Source: Gammaproteobacteria bacterium
GTDB lineage: Bacteria; Pseudomonadota; Gammaproteobacteria; SZUA-229
NCBI GenBank assembly: GCA_036567985.1
Contig: DATCTK010000012.1
Span: forward strand, 15,973-79,972
DNA: 64,000 nucleotides
Reading direction: 5' to 3'
Shown: positions 1 to 11,656 of the stretch, one piece after another
How the letters are laid out: each line of letters opens with the position of its first letter
How positions within the stretch are numbered: the first letter of the stretch is position 1
Translations under genes and position numbers: made by a program
Notes under the pieces: generated by a model
What the model was told of the DNA's origin: nothing
Database searches by the model: none
Seen by the model: the letters and a program-made list of their open reading frames with translations, nothing else

Positions 1-141
1 TTTGCCGATGGCTTTGAATACGGCCTGGGGGCTGAAATCGGCATCAGCACCGACAAGTTGCATGCACGGGGTCCGGTGGGGCTGGAAGGCCTGACCACAC
101 TGAAATACATCGTGCTGGGCGATGGGCAGATCCGCAGCTAG
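1..141 (+). CDS. proA: Glutamate-5-semialdehyde dehydrogenase, 3' end (partial)
   Basis: Frame 1 reads [32 protein letters not shown]...*, the conserved ProA C-terminus; precedes nadD. Confidence 0.93.
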   Translation, partial: FADGFEYGLGAEIGISTDKLHARGPVGLEGLTTLKYIVLGDGQIRS

Positions 142-156
142 GCGCTGCGTAAGCTC

Positions 157-786
157 ATGCACGGCTTGATCGGTATTCTCGGTGGCACCTTCGACCCGGT
201 GCATTACGGCCATTTGCGCCCGGCACTGGAGGTGATGCAGCAGGCGCAGTTGCAACAGCTGCGTTTTGTGCCCAATCGATTGCCACCCCACCGTGAAACA
301 CCGCTGCTCAGCGATCAGCAGCGCGCCGAGCTGGTGGCGCTGGCGATTGCCGATACCCCTGGCTTTGTGCTGGATCGGCGCGAGCTGCAGCGCGAAGGCC
401 CCTCCTATATGGTGGATACCCTGCGCAGCCTCAAACAGGAATTTGCCGAAGACGCACTGTGCCTGATTATGGGCATGGATGCCTTTCATGGCCTGCCGCA
501 ATGGCATCAGTGGGCGCAGTTGTTTGAGCTGTGCCACCTGATTGTTACCACCCGACCCGGTTCAGCACTGCCGGCGTTTGCCCGTGAGGCGGACATGGCG
601 TGTCGAATATCCGACGATGTTGGCTGTTTACAGCAGGGTACGCAGGGGCAAATCCTGTTACAATCAGTGACCCAGCTGGATATTTCCGCCAGCCTGATTC
701 GTCAGCAATTATCGCAGCAACAGAGTATCCGTTTCCTGCTCCCAGAAGTCGTTAGAGAAAAACTTGAACAAGCCTATGCAAGATAA
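157..786 (+). CDS. nadD: Nicotinate-nucleotide adenylyltransferase
   Basis: [11 protein letters not shown] motif, ISAS C-terminal motif. Confidence 0.95.
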   Translation: MHGLIGILGGTFDPVHYGHLRPALEVMQQAQLQQLRFVPNRLPPHRETPLLSDQQRAELVALAIADTPGFVLDRRELQREGPSYMVDTLRSLKQEFAEDALCLIMGMDAFHGLPQWHQWAQLFELCHLIVTTRPGSALPAFAREADMACRISDDVGCLQQGTQGQILLQSVTQLDISASLIRQQLSQQQSIRFLLPEVVREKLEQAYAR

Positions 787-1153
787 ACAAACCGCATCGC
801 AAAACCGATCCATTGAGCAGCTCAGGGAGCTGGTCGTTAAAGCCATCGAAGACATGAAAGGTGAAGACATCGTCGAGCTGGATGTAAAAGACAAAACCAG
901 CGTTACCGACCGCCTGATTATCGCCAGTGGCACCTCCAGTCGCCATGTTAAATCCATCGCTTCCAGCGTTGCCGCCGATGCCAAAAAACAGGGCTATAAG
1001 CCGCTGGGTGTAGAAGGGGAAGACCAGGGTGAATGGGTGCTGGTGGACCTGGGTGACATAGTGGTGCACATTATGCAGCCACATATCCGTCAGTTTTATG
1101 ATCTGGAAAAACTCTGGACCTTCAGTGACCCTGCCGAGGTGGCAGCGAAATAA
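776..1153 (+). CDS. rsfS: Ribosome silencing factor
   Basis: [35 protein letters not shown]; ATG 776 preferred to TTG 764. Confidence 0.93.
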   Translation: MQDKQTASQNRSIEQLRELVVKAIEDMKGEDIVELDVKDKTSVTDRLIIASGTSSRHVKSIASSVAADAKKQGYKPLGVEGEDQGEWVLVDLGDIVVHIMQPHIRQFYDLEKLWTFSDPAEVAAK

Positions 1154-1165
1154 GACTGGTGCTGT

Positions 1166-1636
1166 ATGCGTATTTTATTACTCGCCGTGGGGCAGAAAAT
1201 GCCCGCCTGGATAGAACAGGGCTACCAGGAATACGCGCAGCGCATGCCGGCGGAAGCCCGGCTGGAACTGAAAGAAATCGCCCCCGGTAAACGGGGCAAA
1301 AACGCCGACATCAAACGCATTGTTGAAGACGAAGGCCAGCGCATGATCGCGGCCATTCCACGGGGTGCGCACATTGTGGTGCTGGATGTTGAAGGCCGCG
1401 GCCACAGCACCGAACAGCTGGCGCAGCGCATGGATGAGTGGATGCACAGCGGGCAGGACATCTGCCTGCTGGTGGGTGGCCCGGAAGGCCTGTCGGCTGA
1501 ATGCCGTGCCCTGGCAGATGAAAAATGGTCGCTGTCTGCCTTAACCTTTCCCCATCCACTGGTTCGGGTTATTCTGGCAGAACAGCTCTACCGGGCCTGG
1601 TCGGTATTGCGTAATCACCCTTACCATCGCGCATAA
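1166..1636 (+). CDS. rlmH: 23S rRNA pseudouridine-1915 N3-methyltransferase
   Basis: LVGGPEGL, LTFPHPLVRVILAEQLYRA, HPYHR. Confidence 0.95.
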   Translation: MRILLLAVGQKMPAWIEQGYQEYAQRMPAEARLELKEIAPGKRGKNADIKRIVEDEGQRMIAAIPRGAHIVVLDVEGRGHSTEQLAQRMDEWMHSGQDICLLVGGPEGLSAECRALADEKWSLSALTFPHPLVRVILAEQLYRAWSVLRNHPYHRA

Positions 1637-1648
1637 GCAGTCTGTTAT

Positions 1649-2254
1649 ATGTCTGATACTCGATTAAACCCTGTCGATTCCCCGATTACCCTCGCATCCG
1701 CATCGCCACGTCGGCGTGAATTACTGCAGCAGATACAGGTGTCCTATGCCTTGCTGCCGGTGGATATAGACGAGTCTCCCCTGCCCGGTGAAGCGCCCGA
1801 GCAACTTGTACAGCGACTGGCTCAACAGAAGGCGGCGGCGGGCTTTGCCCTGCAGCCCCGGCGCCCGGCACTGGGTTCAGATACGATTGTGGTGATCGAT
1901 AACGAGGCGCTGGGAAAGCCCGTCGATCGCCAGCATGCCATTGAAATGCTGGGCAAACTGTCCGGTCGCAGCCACCAGGTAATGACCGCGGTGGCCGTGT
2001 GCAGTGAGGATAAACAGAGCTGCGTGCTGAACACCAGCGAGGTGCAGTTCTGCGAATTAAGCGCCGAGCAGATCGAAGCCTACTGGCAGACTGGTGAGCC
2101 GCTGGGCAAGGCAGGGGGCTATGGGATACAGGGACTGGCGGCGCAGTTTATTGTGACTATCAGCGGCAGTTATTCCGGTATTATGGGGCTGCCGTTATAT
2201 GAAACCGCCGAACTGCTCAAACAGCATGGTGTTTATACAGGTCTCCATAGATAA
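1649..2254 (+). CDS. maf: Maf family nucleoside triphosphate pyrophosphatase
   Basis: LASASPRRRELL, GSDTIV, GKAGGYGIQG. Confidence 0.93.
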   Translation: MSDTRLNPVDSPITLASASPRRRELLQQIQVSYALLPVDIDESPLPGEAPEQLVQRLAQQKAAAGFALQPRRPALGSDTIVVIDNEALGKPVDRQHAIEMLGKLSGRSHQVMTAVAVCSEDKQSCVLNTSEVQFCELSAEQIEAYWQTGEPLGKAGGYGIQGLAAQFIVTISGSYSGIMGLPLYETAELLKQHGVYTGLHR

Positions 2255-2302
2255 AGAACCTGTTCGCGTGGCGACAGGTCTGTAAGGAAAACAGATAGGG
2301 TT

Positions 2303-3751
2303 ATGAATAAAGAGATTTTAATCAATGTCACCCCGCAGGAAACCCGGGTGGCGATTCTGGAAAACGGCATACTGCAGGAAATGTATATTGAACGCAGTCG
2401 TAATAAAGGCCTGGTGGGTAATATTTATAAGGGCCGGGTGTGCCGGGTGTTGCCCGGCATGGAAGCGGCTTTTGTCGAAGTGGGCATGGAACGCGCCGGT
2501 TTTCTGCATGTGTCGGATATCGCGCCCTATGATGCGCTGAACAAACCGCCGATTGCCAGCCTGCTGTCCGAGGGACAGGATGTGCTGGTGCAGGTGATTA
2601 AAGACCCGATGGGCACCAAGGGTGCACGCCTGACCGCCAATATTACTATTCCATCGCGTTACCTGGTGTTTATGCCCAAGTCGGACAATGTGGGGGTGTC
2701 GGCGCGCATTGAAGACGAGGCAGAACGTGAACGCCTGCGTGATATGTTGCTGATGCACAAGGAACAGCTGGGTGATGCCGGCTATATTATTCGTACCGCA
2801 GCGGAAACTGCCACCGCGGAATCGATGGTGCAGGATGTACTGTTTCTGAATAAATTATGGCGTTCGATCAGTGAACAGGCCAGCACGCTGGAGGCGGGGA
2901 ATGTAATACATGAAGACCTGTCGTTACCGGTGCGTGTGTTACGGGATATGATTGATGATGACATTGAAAAAATTCGTGTGGACTCCCGCGAAACCTATAG
3001 CAAGATGCTGCGCTTTGCGGAAAAGCTCTCGCTGGAGGCGCGGCATAAAATCGAGCATTATCCCGGCGAGCGACCTATCTTCGATCTGTACGGCGTAGAA
3101 GATGAAATTCACCGTGCGCTGGATCGCAAAACCATACTCAAGTCCGGCGGTTACCTGATTATCGACCAGACCGAGGCGATGACCACCATCGATGTCAATA
3201 CCGGTGCATTCGTCGGCCATCGAAACCTCGAAGAAACCATTTTCAAAACCAACCTGGAAGCGGCGCAGGCGATTGCGCGTCAGCTGCGGCTGCGTAATCT
3301 CGGTGGCATTATCATTATCGATTTTATTGACATGGTGGAAGAAGATCACCGTGCCCAGGTGCTGCGTGCGCTGGAAAAAGCGCTGGAAAAAGATCATGCC
3401 CGCACCCAGGTGTGCCAGGTGTCTTCACTGGGGCTGGTGGAAATGACTCGCAAGCGCACCCGTGAAAGCCTGGAACATGTACTGTGTAAAACCTGTCCTA
3501 CCTGTGACGGTCGCGGTTATGTAAAAAGTGCAGAAACTGTCTGCTATGAAGTGTTTCGTGAAATACTGCGTGAAGCGCGTCAGTTTGATGCAAAACAGCT
3601 ACTGGTGCTGGCGGCGCAGGAAGTGATTGACCTGCTGGTGGATGAGGAATCCAACAGTCTGGCCGAGCTTGAAGATTTTATCGGTGTACCAATCAAACTG
3701 CAGGTGGAGTCTCTCTACACCCAGGAACAGTTTGATGTGGTGATTATGTAA
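2303..3751 (+). CDS. rng: Ribonuclease G
   Basis: S1 domain, IDVNTG, RLRNLGGIIIIDFIDM, CPTC; maf-rng-yhdP synteny. Confidence 0.95.
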   Translation: MNKEILINVTPQETRVAILENGILQEMYIERSRNKGLVGNIYKGRVCRVLPGMEAAFVEVGMERAGFLHVSDIAPYDALNKPPIASLLSEGQDVLVQVIKDPMGTKGARLTANITIPSRYLVFMPKSDNVGVSARIEDEAERERLRDMLLMHKEQLGDAGYIIRTAAETATAESMVQDVLFLNKLWRSISEQASTLEAGNVIHEDLSLPVRVLRDMIDDDIEKIRVDSRETYSKMLRFAEKLSLEARHKIEHYPGERPIFDLYGVEDEIHRALDRKTILKSGGYLIIDQTEAMTTIDVNTGAFVGHRNLEETIFKTNLEAAQAIARQLRLRNLGGIIIIDFIDMVEEDHRAQVLRALEKALEKDHARTQVCQVSSLGLVEMTRKRTRESLEHVLCKTCPTCDGRGYVKSAETVCYEVFREILREARQFDAKQLLVLAAQEVIDLLVDEESNSLAELEDFIGVPIKLQVESLYTQEQFDVVIM

Positions 3752-3770
3752 GTGTTAATCGAGTTATCCG

Positions 3771-6700
3771 TTGCCTAGAAAACCACGTAAGAAAAAACCG
3801 CTTAATGCTCGCCGGGTAAAAAACTGGGTGCTGAGTTTTCTGGGGCTGACGATTATCTTTTTCGCCATCACCTTTACCGTGGCGCGCATCGCCATCAAAA
3901 CCGTACCGGACTACATTGCAGATTTGCAGACGGCGTTATCCAAACAGTCCGGCTTCGATGTGCGCATCGGTGTGCTGGATGCGGAAATCAACTGGCTGGT
4001 GCCACGGCTTAACCTGATCAATGTGAATGTGTTCGACCCACAGGGTACGCGTCATGTACTGCACCTGGATACCATCGATTTCAGCCTGGACTGGTTTGCC
4101 TCCCTGCGCACCCGTAGCCTGGTGGTGGGCGAAATCAGTTTAAGCGGCCTGAATGGCGAACTCACGGTGAATCGGCAGTCGCAGTTGCTGTTCCAGGATT
4201 ATGTAATCAGTGAAAATATTAATCGGGTGCAGGACGCGGCTGGATCCGGTGATAATGCCATATTTAAGCTGAGTGAGCGCATGCAGTATCTGTTGAATAA
4301 TCTGAATTTCAGAATTATTGACAGTCAGTTGCGCTTTACTGATCAGCGACGTTCACAGAAACCCAGGGTCTTCAGTCATTTTAACCTGCACCTGATGAAC
4401 CAGGGTGATCAGCACCTGGTTGAACTTAAAGCTGAGCTACCACAAACTTATGGCCGCTATCTGCGCCTGGTGGCTGAGGCCGAGGGGGATCTGTTCGATT
4501 ATAAAAACCTGCAGGGAAAATTACAGCTCAGCCTGGAAAATATCGTGGCTGCGACCTGGCTGGATGAATACTGGGGTGAGCTGGGGGTTGCCGCCAATGC
4601 CGATCTGAATGCGGATATCTGGCTTGCATGGCAGGGCACTCAGCTCAACGACCTGTATAGCCGTTTTAGTTTGCAGGATGCGGCGCTGCATTATCTCGAC
4701 AGTGAAGTGCGCAGCTGGCAAATGGAAAGCCTGGCAGGGGAGCTCTGGTGGCAGAATACAGCCGATGGCTGGACCCTGGATGTGCGTGATCTGCAGGCGA
4801 TTCGTGGCAGTGAAGTCTGGCCCAAATCTTCCGCATTCAATCTGCAATATAAAGACTCACAGCGAACAGTGAACCTGAGTGCTGACTTTATGCGGGTCGA
4901 GAGTATGATTTACCTGGCGGACATGTTAAACAGTGCCGCGATAGTGGAAAACTCCTGGTTTAATTTGCTGGCAGATTACCAGCCATCCGGCGATGTGAAA
5001 TATCTGCAGTTGATGATGCAGCTGGATAACGCGGATTCATTGCAGTTCAATGCTGACTTTGATCGGGTCAGTTTCAAACTGCCTGAATTCGAGCCCAGTG
5101 CAGTGGATAATTTACGTGGCACGATTGAATATCGGGATAACAATGCAAAATTGAAACTGCATTCCAGCGAAAGTCGTCTGCATTTCAAGCGCCTGTTCAG
5201 GGATAGTATGGAAATCACCCGGCTGACGGGAGAGCTGGATTTACAACGCCAGCCGAATGGCTGGCAGGTCAGCTCCGAGCATCTACGCATGCATACGCCG
5301 CATATTGAATCGCAGAGCCGTTTCATTATTTCTCTGCCGGAAAATGCCCCCGCCTTTATGGATCTGACCACACGCTATCAAAATGGCAATGCAGAGTATA
5401 TTGGTCGTTATCTGCCAGCCTCAATTATGGGGCGTAACACATTGGCCTGGCTCGACCGTTCTATTTTATCCGGTCGCATTCGTCAGGGTGGTTATCAGTT
5501 TTACGGCAATCTGCGGGATATGCCATTCCGTGCATCACAGGGTGTCTCGTTAGCAGTGTTTGATGTTGAACAGGTGAAGCTGGATTACCAGAACAACTGG
5601 CCGCAGATAGATGAGATTGATGCGCAACTTCGATTTGAAAATGAAAGCATGCAAATTGATGCAGAACGTGGGAAGTTATTTAATTCACAGATTAAACAGA
5701 CCCGGGTCGAGATCAACAGTTTTCGTAAACCACTGCTGAATATAGATGGGACTATCGATACAAACCTGGCAGACATCGGGCAGTTTTTTAATGACAGTCC
5801 GCTGGATAAAAGCATACCCGGTTATTTTGATAATGTTCTGTTGCAGGGTAAGGGGCAACTGGCACTGCAGCTGGATATCCCATTGAGTGGAAAGCAGACG
5901 GTTAACTGGCGAGGTGTACTGAAGCCGGAACAGGCCAGGCTGACATTACAGCGGGAAAACTACCAGTTCGAAGGCTTAACGGGTGAACTGCAGTTTGCGG
6001 ATGGCCTGTTTGAAGCGGATGATCTGCGTGCAAGGCTGGGCGAGCATGAACTGGCTATAACAGTTAAACCAGCTGATACGGAAATACAGCAGCATCATAT
6101 TGCGGTTGACGGTGTGGTTGATATAAAACAGTTTCTTTCGCCGTTGCCGATGGTGCATGAGTATCTCAATGGTGCATCGCACTGGCAGGTGGTTATTGAT
6201 CTGTCACCAGCACCAATATCAGGCCAGCCAGTGCTGGCGCTACATGCCAGTTCGCAACTTGAATCGGTGTTATCCAGTTTGCCGGGGCCACTGGCGAAAA
6301 CTTCGGCCGACGCCCTGCCGGCAGAACTGCAACTTCGGGTGATGCCGGATCAGAAAATGCAACTGGAATTGCAGCTGGCCGATAACCGGTTGCTGAGCTT
6401 AAAAGAGTTGCATGATTACTGGGCACTGGATATAGCGGCTCCCAGTATAAAAGGGAACGCCATAATCAGTAAGCAGGCCAGTCTGGCTCGTCCGTTGGAC
6501 ATTAATCTACAGCAGCTAAATTTGCGGCAGTTTATCGACGCAAGTTCGGCGCAGGATTCGTTAGAGCCTGCTGCAAAGAAGCAGGTCTCAGAGAGCCATG
6601 AGTCTCATGGACTGGATGCTATAAAACCCGGGGATATTCCGTCAGTGAACCTGACGATTGCTCAGCTGATATGGGACGAATATGTGTTTCGTGATGTGCG

Positions 6701-7478
6701 TCTAAGCACAACGCAAACCCAAAATGCGATGATGATCAAGACGCTGAAGCTATCGACCGATGATTATGATCTGAGCAGTGAAGGCAGCTGGCAATCGAGC
6801 TGGAGTCAGCAGCATTCGACGCATCTGAAAACACAGATCCAGCTACATAATCTGGGCCGGGCGCTGAAACGGCTGGATATTACCAGTGACATAGAGGATA
6901 CCCGTGGACTTGTTGACCTGGATCTGCGCTGGAATGATAAACCCTATGCCTTCTCATGGGGTAAACTCAATGGCAGTGGTCGCCTGGCATTAAAAGAGGG
7001 TGTGCTGAGTAAAATCAATGCTGGCCCGGCGCGCATGCTGGGGCTGTTTAATTTAAAAACCGTGCTTTCGCTGGACTTTGCCAGCCAGTTGTCGGAGGGG
7101 TTTGCGTTTGATCAGGCGGATGGTAGTTTCTCTATATCCAGAGGCAATATCTACTCGGATAATCTGTCTATAGAAAGCAAGGTAGCCGATATACTGCTGC
7201 GTGGCCGACTGGATATGCAGAAAAAAACGGTGGAGCAGACAATCAGGGTAAGGCCCCATGTGGGCTCAAGTGTTGCATTCGGTACCACGGTGGTGGCGGG
7301 TCCCGCCGCAGGTGGCCTGGTGTATCTGCTACAGAAAATGTTCACACCGGATAAGTTATCGGAATACGAATACCGGGTAAGCGGCAGTTTAAAGAAGCCT
7401 CAGGTGACCCTGCTGTCGGTGCCGGATAACCAGGCACAGCAATCTGCACCCGGGGCAACCACGGCAGATGAATTTTGA
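3771..7478 (+). CDS. yhdP: YhdP family (AsmA-like) phospholipid transport protein
   Basis: 1235 aa, N-terminal TM helix, AsmA2-like C-terminus (GFAFD..., EYRVSGSLKKP); follows rng. Confidence 0.85.
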   Translation: MPRKPRKKKPLNARRVKNWVLSFLGLTIIFFAITFTVARIAIKTVPDYIADLQTALSKQSGFDVRIGVLDAEINWLVPRLNLINVNVFDPQGTRHVLHLDTIDFSLDWFASLRTRSLVVGEISLSGLNGELTVNRQSQLLFQDYVISENINRVQDAAGSGDNAIFKLSERMQYLLNNLNFRIIDSQLRFTDQRRSQKPRVFSHFNLHLMNQGDQHLVELKAELPQTYGRYLRLVAEAEGDLFDYKNLQGKLQLSLENIVAATWLDEYWGELGVAANADLNADIWLAWQGTQLNDLYSRFSLQDAALHYLDSEVRSWQMESLAGELWWQNTADGWTLDVRDLQAIRGSEVWPKSSAFNLQYKDSQRTVNLSADFMRVESMIYLADMLNSAAIVENSWFNLLADYQPSGDVKYLQLMMQLDNADSLQFNADFDRVSFKLPEFEPSAVDNLRGTIEYRDNNAKLKLHSSESRLHFKRLFRDSMEITRLTGELDLQRQPNGWQVSSEHLRMHTPHIESQSRFIISLPENAPAFMDLTTRYQNGNAEYIGRYLPASIMGRNTLAWLDRSILSGRIRQGGYQFYGNLRDMPFRASQGVSLAVFDVEQVKLDYQNNWPQIDEIDAQLRFENESMQIDAERGKLFNSQIKQTRVEINSFRKPLLNIDGTIDTNLADIGQFFNDSPLDKSIPGYFDNVLLQGKGQLALQLDIPLSGKQTVNWRGVLKPEQARLTLQRENYQFEGLTGELQFADGLFEADDLRARLGEHELAITVKPADTEIQQHHIAVDGVVDIKQFLSPLPMVHEYLNGASHWQVVIDLSPAPISGQPVLALHASSQLESVLSSLPGPLAKTSADALPAELQLRVMPDQKMQLELQLADNRLLSLKELHDYWALDIAAPSIKGNAIISKQASLARPLDINLQQLNLRQFIDASSAQDSLEPAAKKQVSESHESHGLDAIKPGDIPSVNLTIAQLIWDEYVFRDVRLSTTQTQNAMMIKTLKLSTDDYDLSSEGSWQSSWSQQHSTHLKTQIQLHNLGRALKRLDITSDIEDTRGLVDLDLRWNDKPYAFSWGKLNGSGRLALKEGVLSKINAGPARMLGLFNLKTVLSLDFASQLSEGFAFDQADGSFSISRGNIYSDNLSIESKVADILLRGRLDMQKKTVEQTIRVRPHVGSSVAFGTTVVAGPAAGGLVYLLQKMFTPDKLSEYEYRVSGSLKKPQVTLLSVPDNQAQQSAPGATTADEF

Positions 7479-7498
7479 ACAGAAAGCGGGCTGATGGT

Positions 7499-7855
7499 GT
7501 GATACGAAAACATGTTATTCTTTTATCCTTGCTGATGCTTTTTGCACCGCTGGCATCAGCTGACAATGATTCAGTACAGTTGCGCGGGGAAACCTGGGAG
7601 CTGTCGCGGCACGGTGAAAAGCTGATAAAAAATGCAGAGCTGTCGGCGCTGGTTCAGGCCTGGTCAAAGCATAGCGATGCCCAGCTGGAAATTCGCTATC
7701 CGGGTGGCGAGGAGGGTGAACTCTGGTCTGGAGAATTAAAGGGCTGGCTGGTGTCGCTGGGTGTTCCGTCCACGGCAATACAAACCCTGCCAGGCAGTGA
7801 GGCGGCGGATATTATTAATATACAATTAATTGAGGGATTTAAACCCAATGAGTAA
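7499..7855 (+). CDS. Small exported hypothetical protein
   Basis: GTG 7499 gives a signal peptide (MIRKHVILLSLLMLFAPLASA); operonic between yhdP and the nitrilase gene. Confidence 0.7.
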   Translation: MIRKHVILLSLLMLFAPLASADNDSVQLRGETWELSRHGEKLIKNAELSALVQAWSKHSDAQLEIRYPGGEEGELWSGELKGWLVSLGVPSTAIQTLPGSEAADIINIQLIEGFKPNE

Positions 7856-8672
7856 AGTTGCTGCAATTCAAATGACGTCCGGGCCAAATATTCAGGCCAA
7901 CCTTGACGAGGCTGCCAAGCTGATAGAGCAGGCGGCATCCCAGGGTGCAGAGCTGATTGTGCTGCCGGAGAATTTCTCGCAAATGCCCACCAATGAACGG
8001 GAGCGGGTTAACAATGCAGAAGCGGACGGCGATGGACATGTGCAGAACTTTCTCTCCACCCAGGCGAAAAAACATAAGGCCTGGATTGTGGGTGGCACCA
8101 TTCCGATTAAAAGTGATGAAGATAATCGCGCCTATGCCAGCAGCCTGGTGTTTAACAGTGACGGCAAGCGAGTGGCGCGTTACGACAAGATTCACCTGTT
8201 CGATGTATTAATCGAAGAGAACAACGAAACCTATAACGAATCCGCCACCACCGTACCTGGCAATAAAGTGGTGGTGATCGACACACCCTTCGGGCGTCTT
8301 GGTTTAAGCGTTTGCTATGACCTGCGTTTTCCCGAGCTGTTTCGTAATATGATTGATGAAGGCATGGAAATCTGCGTGCTGCCAGCGGCGTTTACTGCCT
8401 TCACCGGACAGTCACACTGGGAGCCACTGGTGCGCGCACGGGCCATTGAAAACCAGTGTTATATTATTGCCGCCGCGCAGGGTGGCTATCACCTGAATAA
8501 CCGCCAGACCTACGGCCACAGTATGGTGGTCAACCCCTGGGGTAATGTGCTGGGCAGTGTGGGAACCGGCCCCGGCGTGGTGATCACCGAGATTGAAAAA
8601 AGCGTGCTCAATACCACGCGTAAAAATTTCCGTGTACTGCACCATCGCCGTTTGAACTGCGGCATAAAATAA
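7848..8672 (+). CDS. Carbon-nitrogen hydrolase (Nit1/deaminated glutathione amidase-like)
   Basis: LPEN, YDKIHLFD, VCYDLRFPELF catalytic E-K-C triad. Confidence 0.9.
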   Translation: MSKVAAIQMTSGPNIQANLDEAAKLIEQAASQGAELIVLPENFSQMPTNERERVNNAEADGDGHVQNFLSTQAKKHKAWIVGGTIPIKSDEDNRAYASSLVFNSDGKRVARYDKIHLFDVLIEENNETYNESATTVPGNKVVVIDTPFGRLGLSVCYDLRFPELFRNMIDEGMEICVLPAAFTAFTGQSHWEPLVRARAIENQCYIIAAAQGGYHLNNRQTYGHSMVVNPWGNVLGSVGTGPGVVITEIEKSVLNTTRKNFRVLHHRRLNCGIK

Positions 8673-8755
8673 CCACTTCTAGAGCTGTTGCTCATACGGC
8701 TGCCTTTAATGGCAGTTGTGTGGCTGCTGCTGTTACTGCACTATTCAGGGATGCC

Positions 8756-9628
8756 CTAGCGTTTTCCTGCACCACCGGCTTTCATTAATACCCGATCCAT
8801 CATGCGTGAACTGAGTATACGTTTCAGAAAACCCATCACATAGGTTGGTTTGGTGACGTAGTAACGCACCTGCGGGCGTTTTGCGCTGAGCGCGTGCAGC
8901 ACTTTCTGGTACACTGCATCCGGCCCCAGGGTAAAGGGTGCGGCGGGGCCCGGTTTGTTGAGGCGCTCGATCATCGACTGGTAGTTTTGCTGATGTGGGC
9001 TGTTATCGGCGCGAATGTATTTCTGGAAGGCCCTGAAGGCGTTCTGGCGAAAATGGCTTTCAATCGGGCCGGGCTCGATCAGGCTGAGGTGAATGCCGCT
9101 GCCGTGAAGTTCCTGGCGCAATGTATCCGTGAGGCCTTCCAGTGCAAACTTGCTGCCATTGTAGGCGCCGCGGTAGGGCATGGCGGCAAAGCCGAGGATG
9201 GAGCTGTTCTGGATAATCCGGCCATAACCCTGTTTGCGCATCACCGGAATCACCAGGTTGGTGAGCTCCAGCGTGCCGAATACATTGGTTTCAAACTGCG
9301 CGCGCAGTGCGTCACGGCTTAAATCCTCCACCGCGCCGGGCAGGCCGAAGGCGCCGTTATTGAACAGGCCGTAAAGGCGGCCATCGGTCTGTTCGAGCAC
9401 GCGAATCAGTGCGTTTTTAATCGATAGCGAGCTGTCCAGGTCCAGTTGCAGGCTGTTCAGGCCGAACTGGCGCAGAGTGTCCACATCCTCGGCCTTGCGT
9501 GCGCTGGCAAACACCCGGTAGCCGGCCTGTTGCAGTTGCCGTGCGACATATAAACCAATGCCGCTGGAACAGCCGGTAATCAGTACCGGTTTTTCGTGGG
9601 AAGTGGGATTTGCCTGGCTGGAATTCAC
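8756..9628 (-). CDS. Short-chain dehydrogenase/reductase (YbbO-like)
   Basis: [19 protein letters not shown]; likely start GTG 9628. Confidence 0.88.
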   Translation of the reverse strand: MNSSQANPTSHEKPVLITGCSSGIGLYVARQLQQAGYRVFASARKAEDVDTLRQFGLNSLQLDLDSSLSIKNALIRVLEQTDGRLYGLFNNGAFGLPGAVEDLSRDALRAQFETNVFGTLELTNLVIPVMRKQGYGRIIQNSSILGFAAMPYRGAYNGSKFALEGLTDTLRQELHGSGIHLSLIEPGPIESHFRQNAFRAFQKYIRADNSPHQQNYQSMIERLNKPGPAAPFTLGPDAVYQKVLHALSAKRPQVRYYVTKPTYVMGFLKRILSSRMMDRVLMKAGGAGKR

Positions 9629-9668
9629 AATACGCCCTTTATTTTTGTCTGTTTTTAGCGCCGCTGAT

Positions 9669-9697
9669 TTGGCAGTAGACCCGCAGCGCATTATAAT
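9669..9697 (+). promoter_or_regulatory. Sigma70-type promoter for aspS
   Basis: TTGGCA-N17-TATAAT about 130 bp upstream of the aspS ATG. Confidence 0.55.
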
Positions 9698-9827
9698 ACC
9701 GGCCTTTTCGTCCTGTCGCACGGTGGATTTTTGTGGGCCTGCAGTCTATCTGCGCTCCACTATCACTTCGGCTGAACTGCTTCGGCAGGGCAGGCTTATT
9801 GTTACATTACAACCCTTGGGAAGCATT

Positions 9828-11603
9828 ATGCGCAGTCATTACTGTGGTCAGGTGGATGAAAATCTGGTCGATCAGGAAATAGAATTATGTGGATGGGTCA
9901 ACCGTCGTCGAGACCACGGTGGCGTTATCTTTGTTGATCTGCGTGATCGCGAAGGCATTGTGCAGGTGGTGTTCGACCCGGATCGCGCCGAGATGTTTGC
10001 CCTGGCGGAACGCATTCGTAATGAATATGTGATCAAGGTAAAAGGTCGGGTGCGCCTGCGTGACGAGGCGGTGGTGAATGCCAATATCAAGACCGGCAAA
10101 ATCGAAGTGCTGGGGCTGGAACTTGAGGTGCTCAACGCCTCGGAAACCCCGCCATTCCAGCTGGATGACGAAGGTGTGCATGAGGATAACCGCCTCAAGT
10201 ACCGCTATATTGATCTGCGTCGTGATGAAATGCAGCAACGCATGCGCATGCGCACCCAGGTCACCAGCTTTATTCGCCGCTTTATGGAAGACAATGGCTT
10301 CTGGGACATCGAAACACCCATGCTGACCCGCGCCACACCGGAAGGCGCCCGTGACTACCTGGTGCCCAGCCGTACCCATCAGGGTGAGTTCTTTGCATTG
10401 CCCCAGTCGCCGCAGCTGTTCAAGCAGCTGCTGATGATGTCGGGCATGGATCGCTACTACCAGATCGTGCGTTGTTTCCGTGACGAGGACCTGCGTGCAG
10501 ACCGTCAGCCGGAGTTTACCCAGGTGGACATAGAAACCTCGTTTATGGACGAGGACCAGGTCATGCAGGTGACCGAAGAACTGATTCGTGAACTGTTTGC
10601 CCATGTGCTGGAAGTCGCATTGCCCAACCCATTCCCGCGCATGACCCATGCCGAGGCAATGAGCCGTTTTGGTTCCGACAAGCCGGACCTGCGCATTGAT
10701 ATGGAGCTGGTGGATATCGGCGATCTGATGGACAACGTCGAATTCAAGGTGTTCTCGGCCCCGGCAAAAGACCCCAACGGTCGCCTGGTAGTGCTGCGCG
10801 TGCCCCAGGGTGCGAGCCTGAGCCGTAAGGAAATCGATGGTTACACCGATTTTGTCGGTCGCTACGGCGCCAAGGGCCTGGCCTGGATCAAGGTCAACGA
10901 TGTGGCAGCGGGGCGTGAAGGCCTGCAGTCACCGATTGTAAAATTCCTGCCCGATGAAGCACTGGATGCCATTCTGCAGCGCACCGCCACAGAAACCGGC
11001 GACCTGCTGTTCTTCGGTGCCGGCGATGCAAAAATGGTGAATGAATCCATGGGTGCACTGCGTGTGCAGCTGGGGCATGACCTGAATATGATCGCTCGCG
11101 AATGGAAGCCGTTATGGGTGGTGGACTTCCCCATGTTTGAGTGGAATGACCGTGAAGAGCGCTGGGATGCACTGCATCATCCATTTACCGCCCCCAGCTG
11201 TTCGCTTGAAGATCTGCAGAAAAACCCCGGTGAGAGCCTGTCCCGTGCCTATGATATGGTGCTGAACGGTTGTGAGCTGGGCGGTGGCTCGGTGCGTATT
11301 CATAATGCGGAGATGCAGCAAAATGTGCTGAAAATTCTCGGCATTGGCGAGCAGGAAGCCGAGGACAAGTTCGGCTTCCTGTTAAATGCACTGAAATACG
11401 GTTGCCCGCCCCATGCGGGCCTGGCCTTTGGCCTGGATCGAATGGTAATGCTAATGACCGGCGCGGCTTCGATTCGTGATGTGATGGCCTTCCCGAAAAC
11501 CCAGACCGCGGCCTGTCTGCTCACCAGTGCGCCATCGGAAGTGTCTGCAGCGCAGTTGAAAGAACTGAATATCCGCATTCGCAAGCCGGTGGCTGAGGGC
11601 TGA
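9828..11603 (+). CDS. aspS: Aspartate-tRNA ligase
   Basis: MRSHYCG start at ATG 9828, [30 protein letters not shown]. Confidence 0.97.
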   Translation: MRSHYCGQVDENLVDQEIELCGWVNRRRDHGGVIFVDLRDREGIVQVVFDPDRAEMFALAERIRNEYVIKVKGRVRLRDEAVVNANIKTGKIEVLGLELEVLNASETPPFQLDDEGVHEDNRLKYRYIDLRRDEMQQRMRMRTQVTSFIRRFMEDNGFWDIETPMLTRATPEGARDYLVPSRTHQGEFFALPQSPQLFKQLLMMSGMDRYYQIVRCFRDEDLRADRQPEFTQVDIETSFMDEDQVMQVTEELIRELFAHVLEVALPNPFPRMTHAEAMSRFGSDKPDLRIDMELVDIGDLMDNVEFKVFSAPAKDPNGRLVVLRVPQGASLSRKEIDGYTDFVGRYGAKGLAWIKVNDVAAGREGLQSPIVKFLPDEALDAILQRTATETGDLLFFGAGDAKMVNESMGALRVQLGHDLNMIAREWKPLWVVDFPMFEWNDREERWDALHHPFTAPSCSLEDLQKNPGESLSRAYDMVLNGCELGGGSVRIHNAEMQQNVLKILGIGEQEAEDKFGFLLNALKYGCPPHAGLAFGLDRMVMLMTGAASIRDVMAFPKTQTAACLLTSAPSEVSAAQLKELNIRIRKPVAEG

Positions 11604-11656
11604 TTTTCATATAAGTCCGCCAATGCACGCAAATAAACGCGAATATATGTGAGGGG

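Noticed and set aside
9885-10649. Long opposite-strand ORFs over aspS, ilvI, leuA, valS and pepA
   Set aside because: Expected antisense shadows of high-GC, codon-biased genes; no RBS or recognisable motifs
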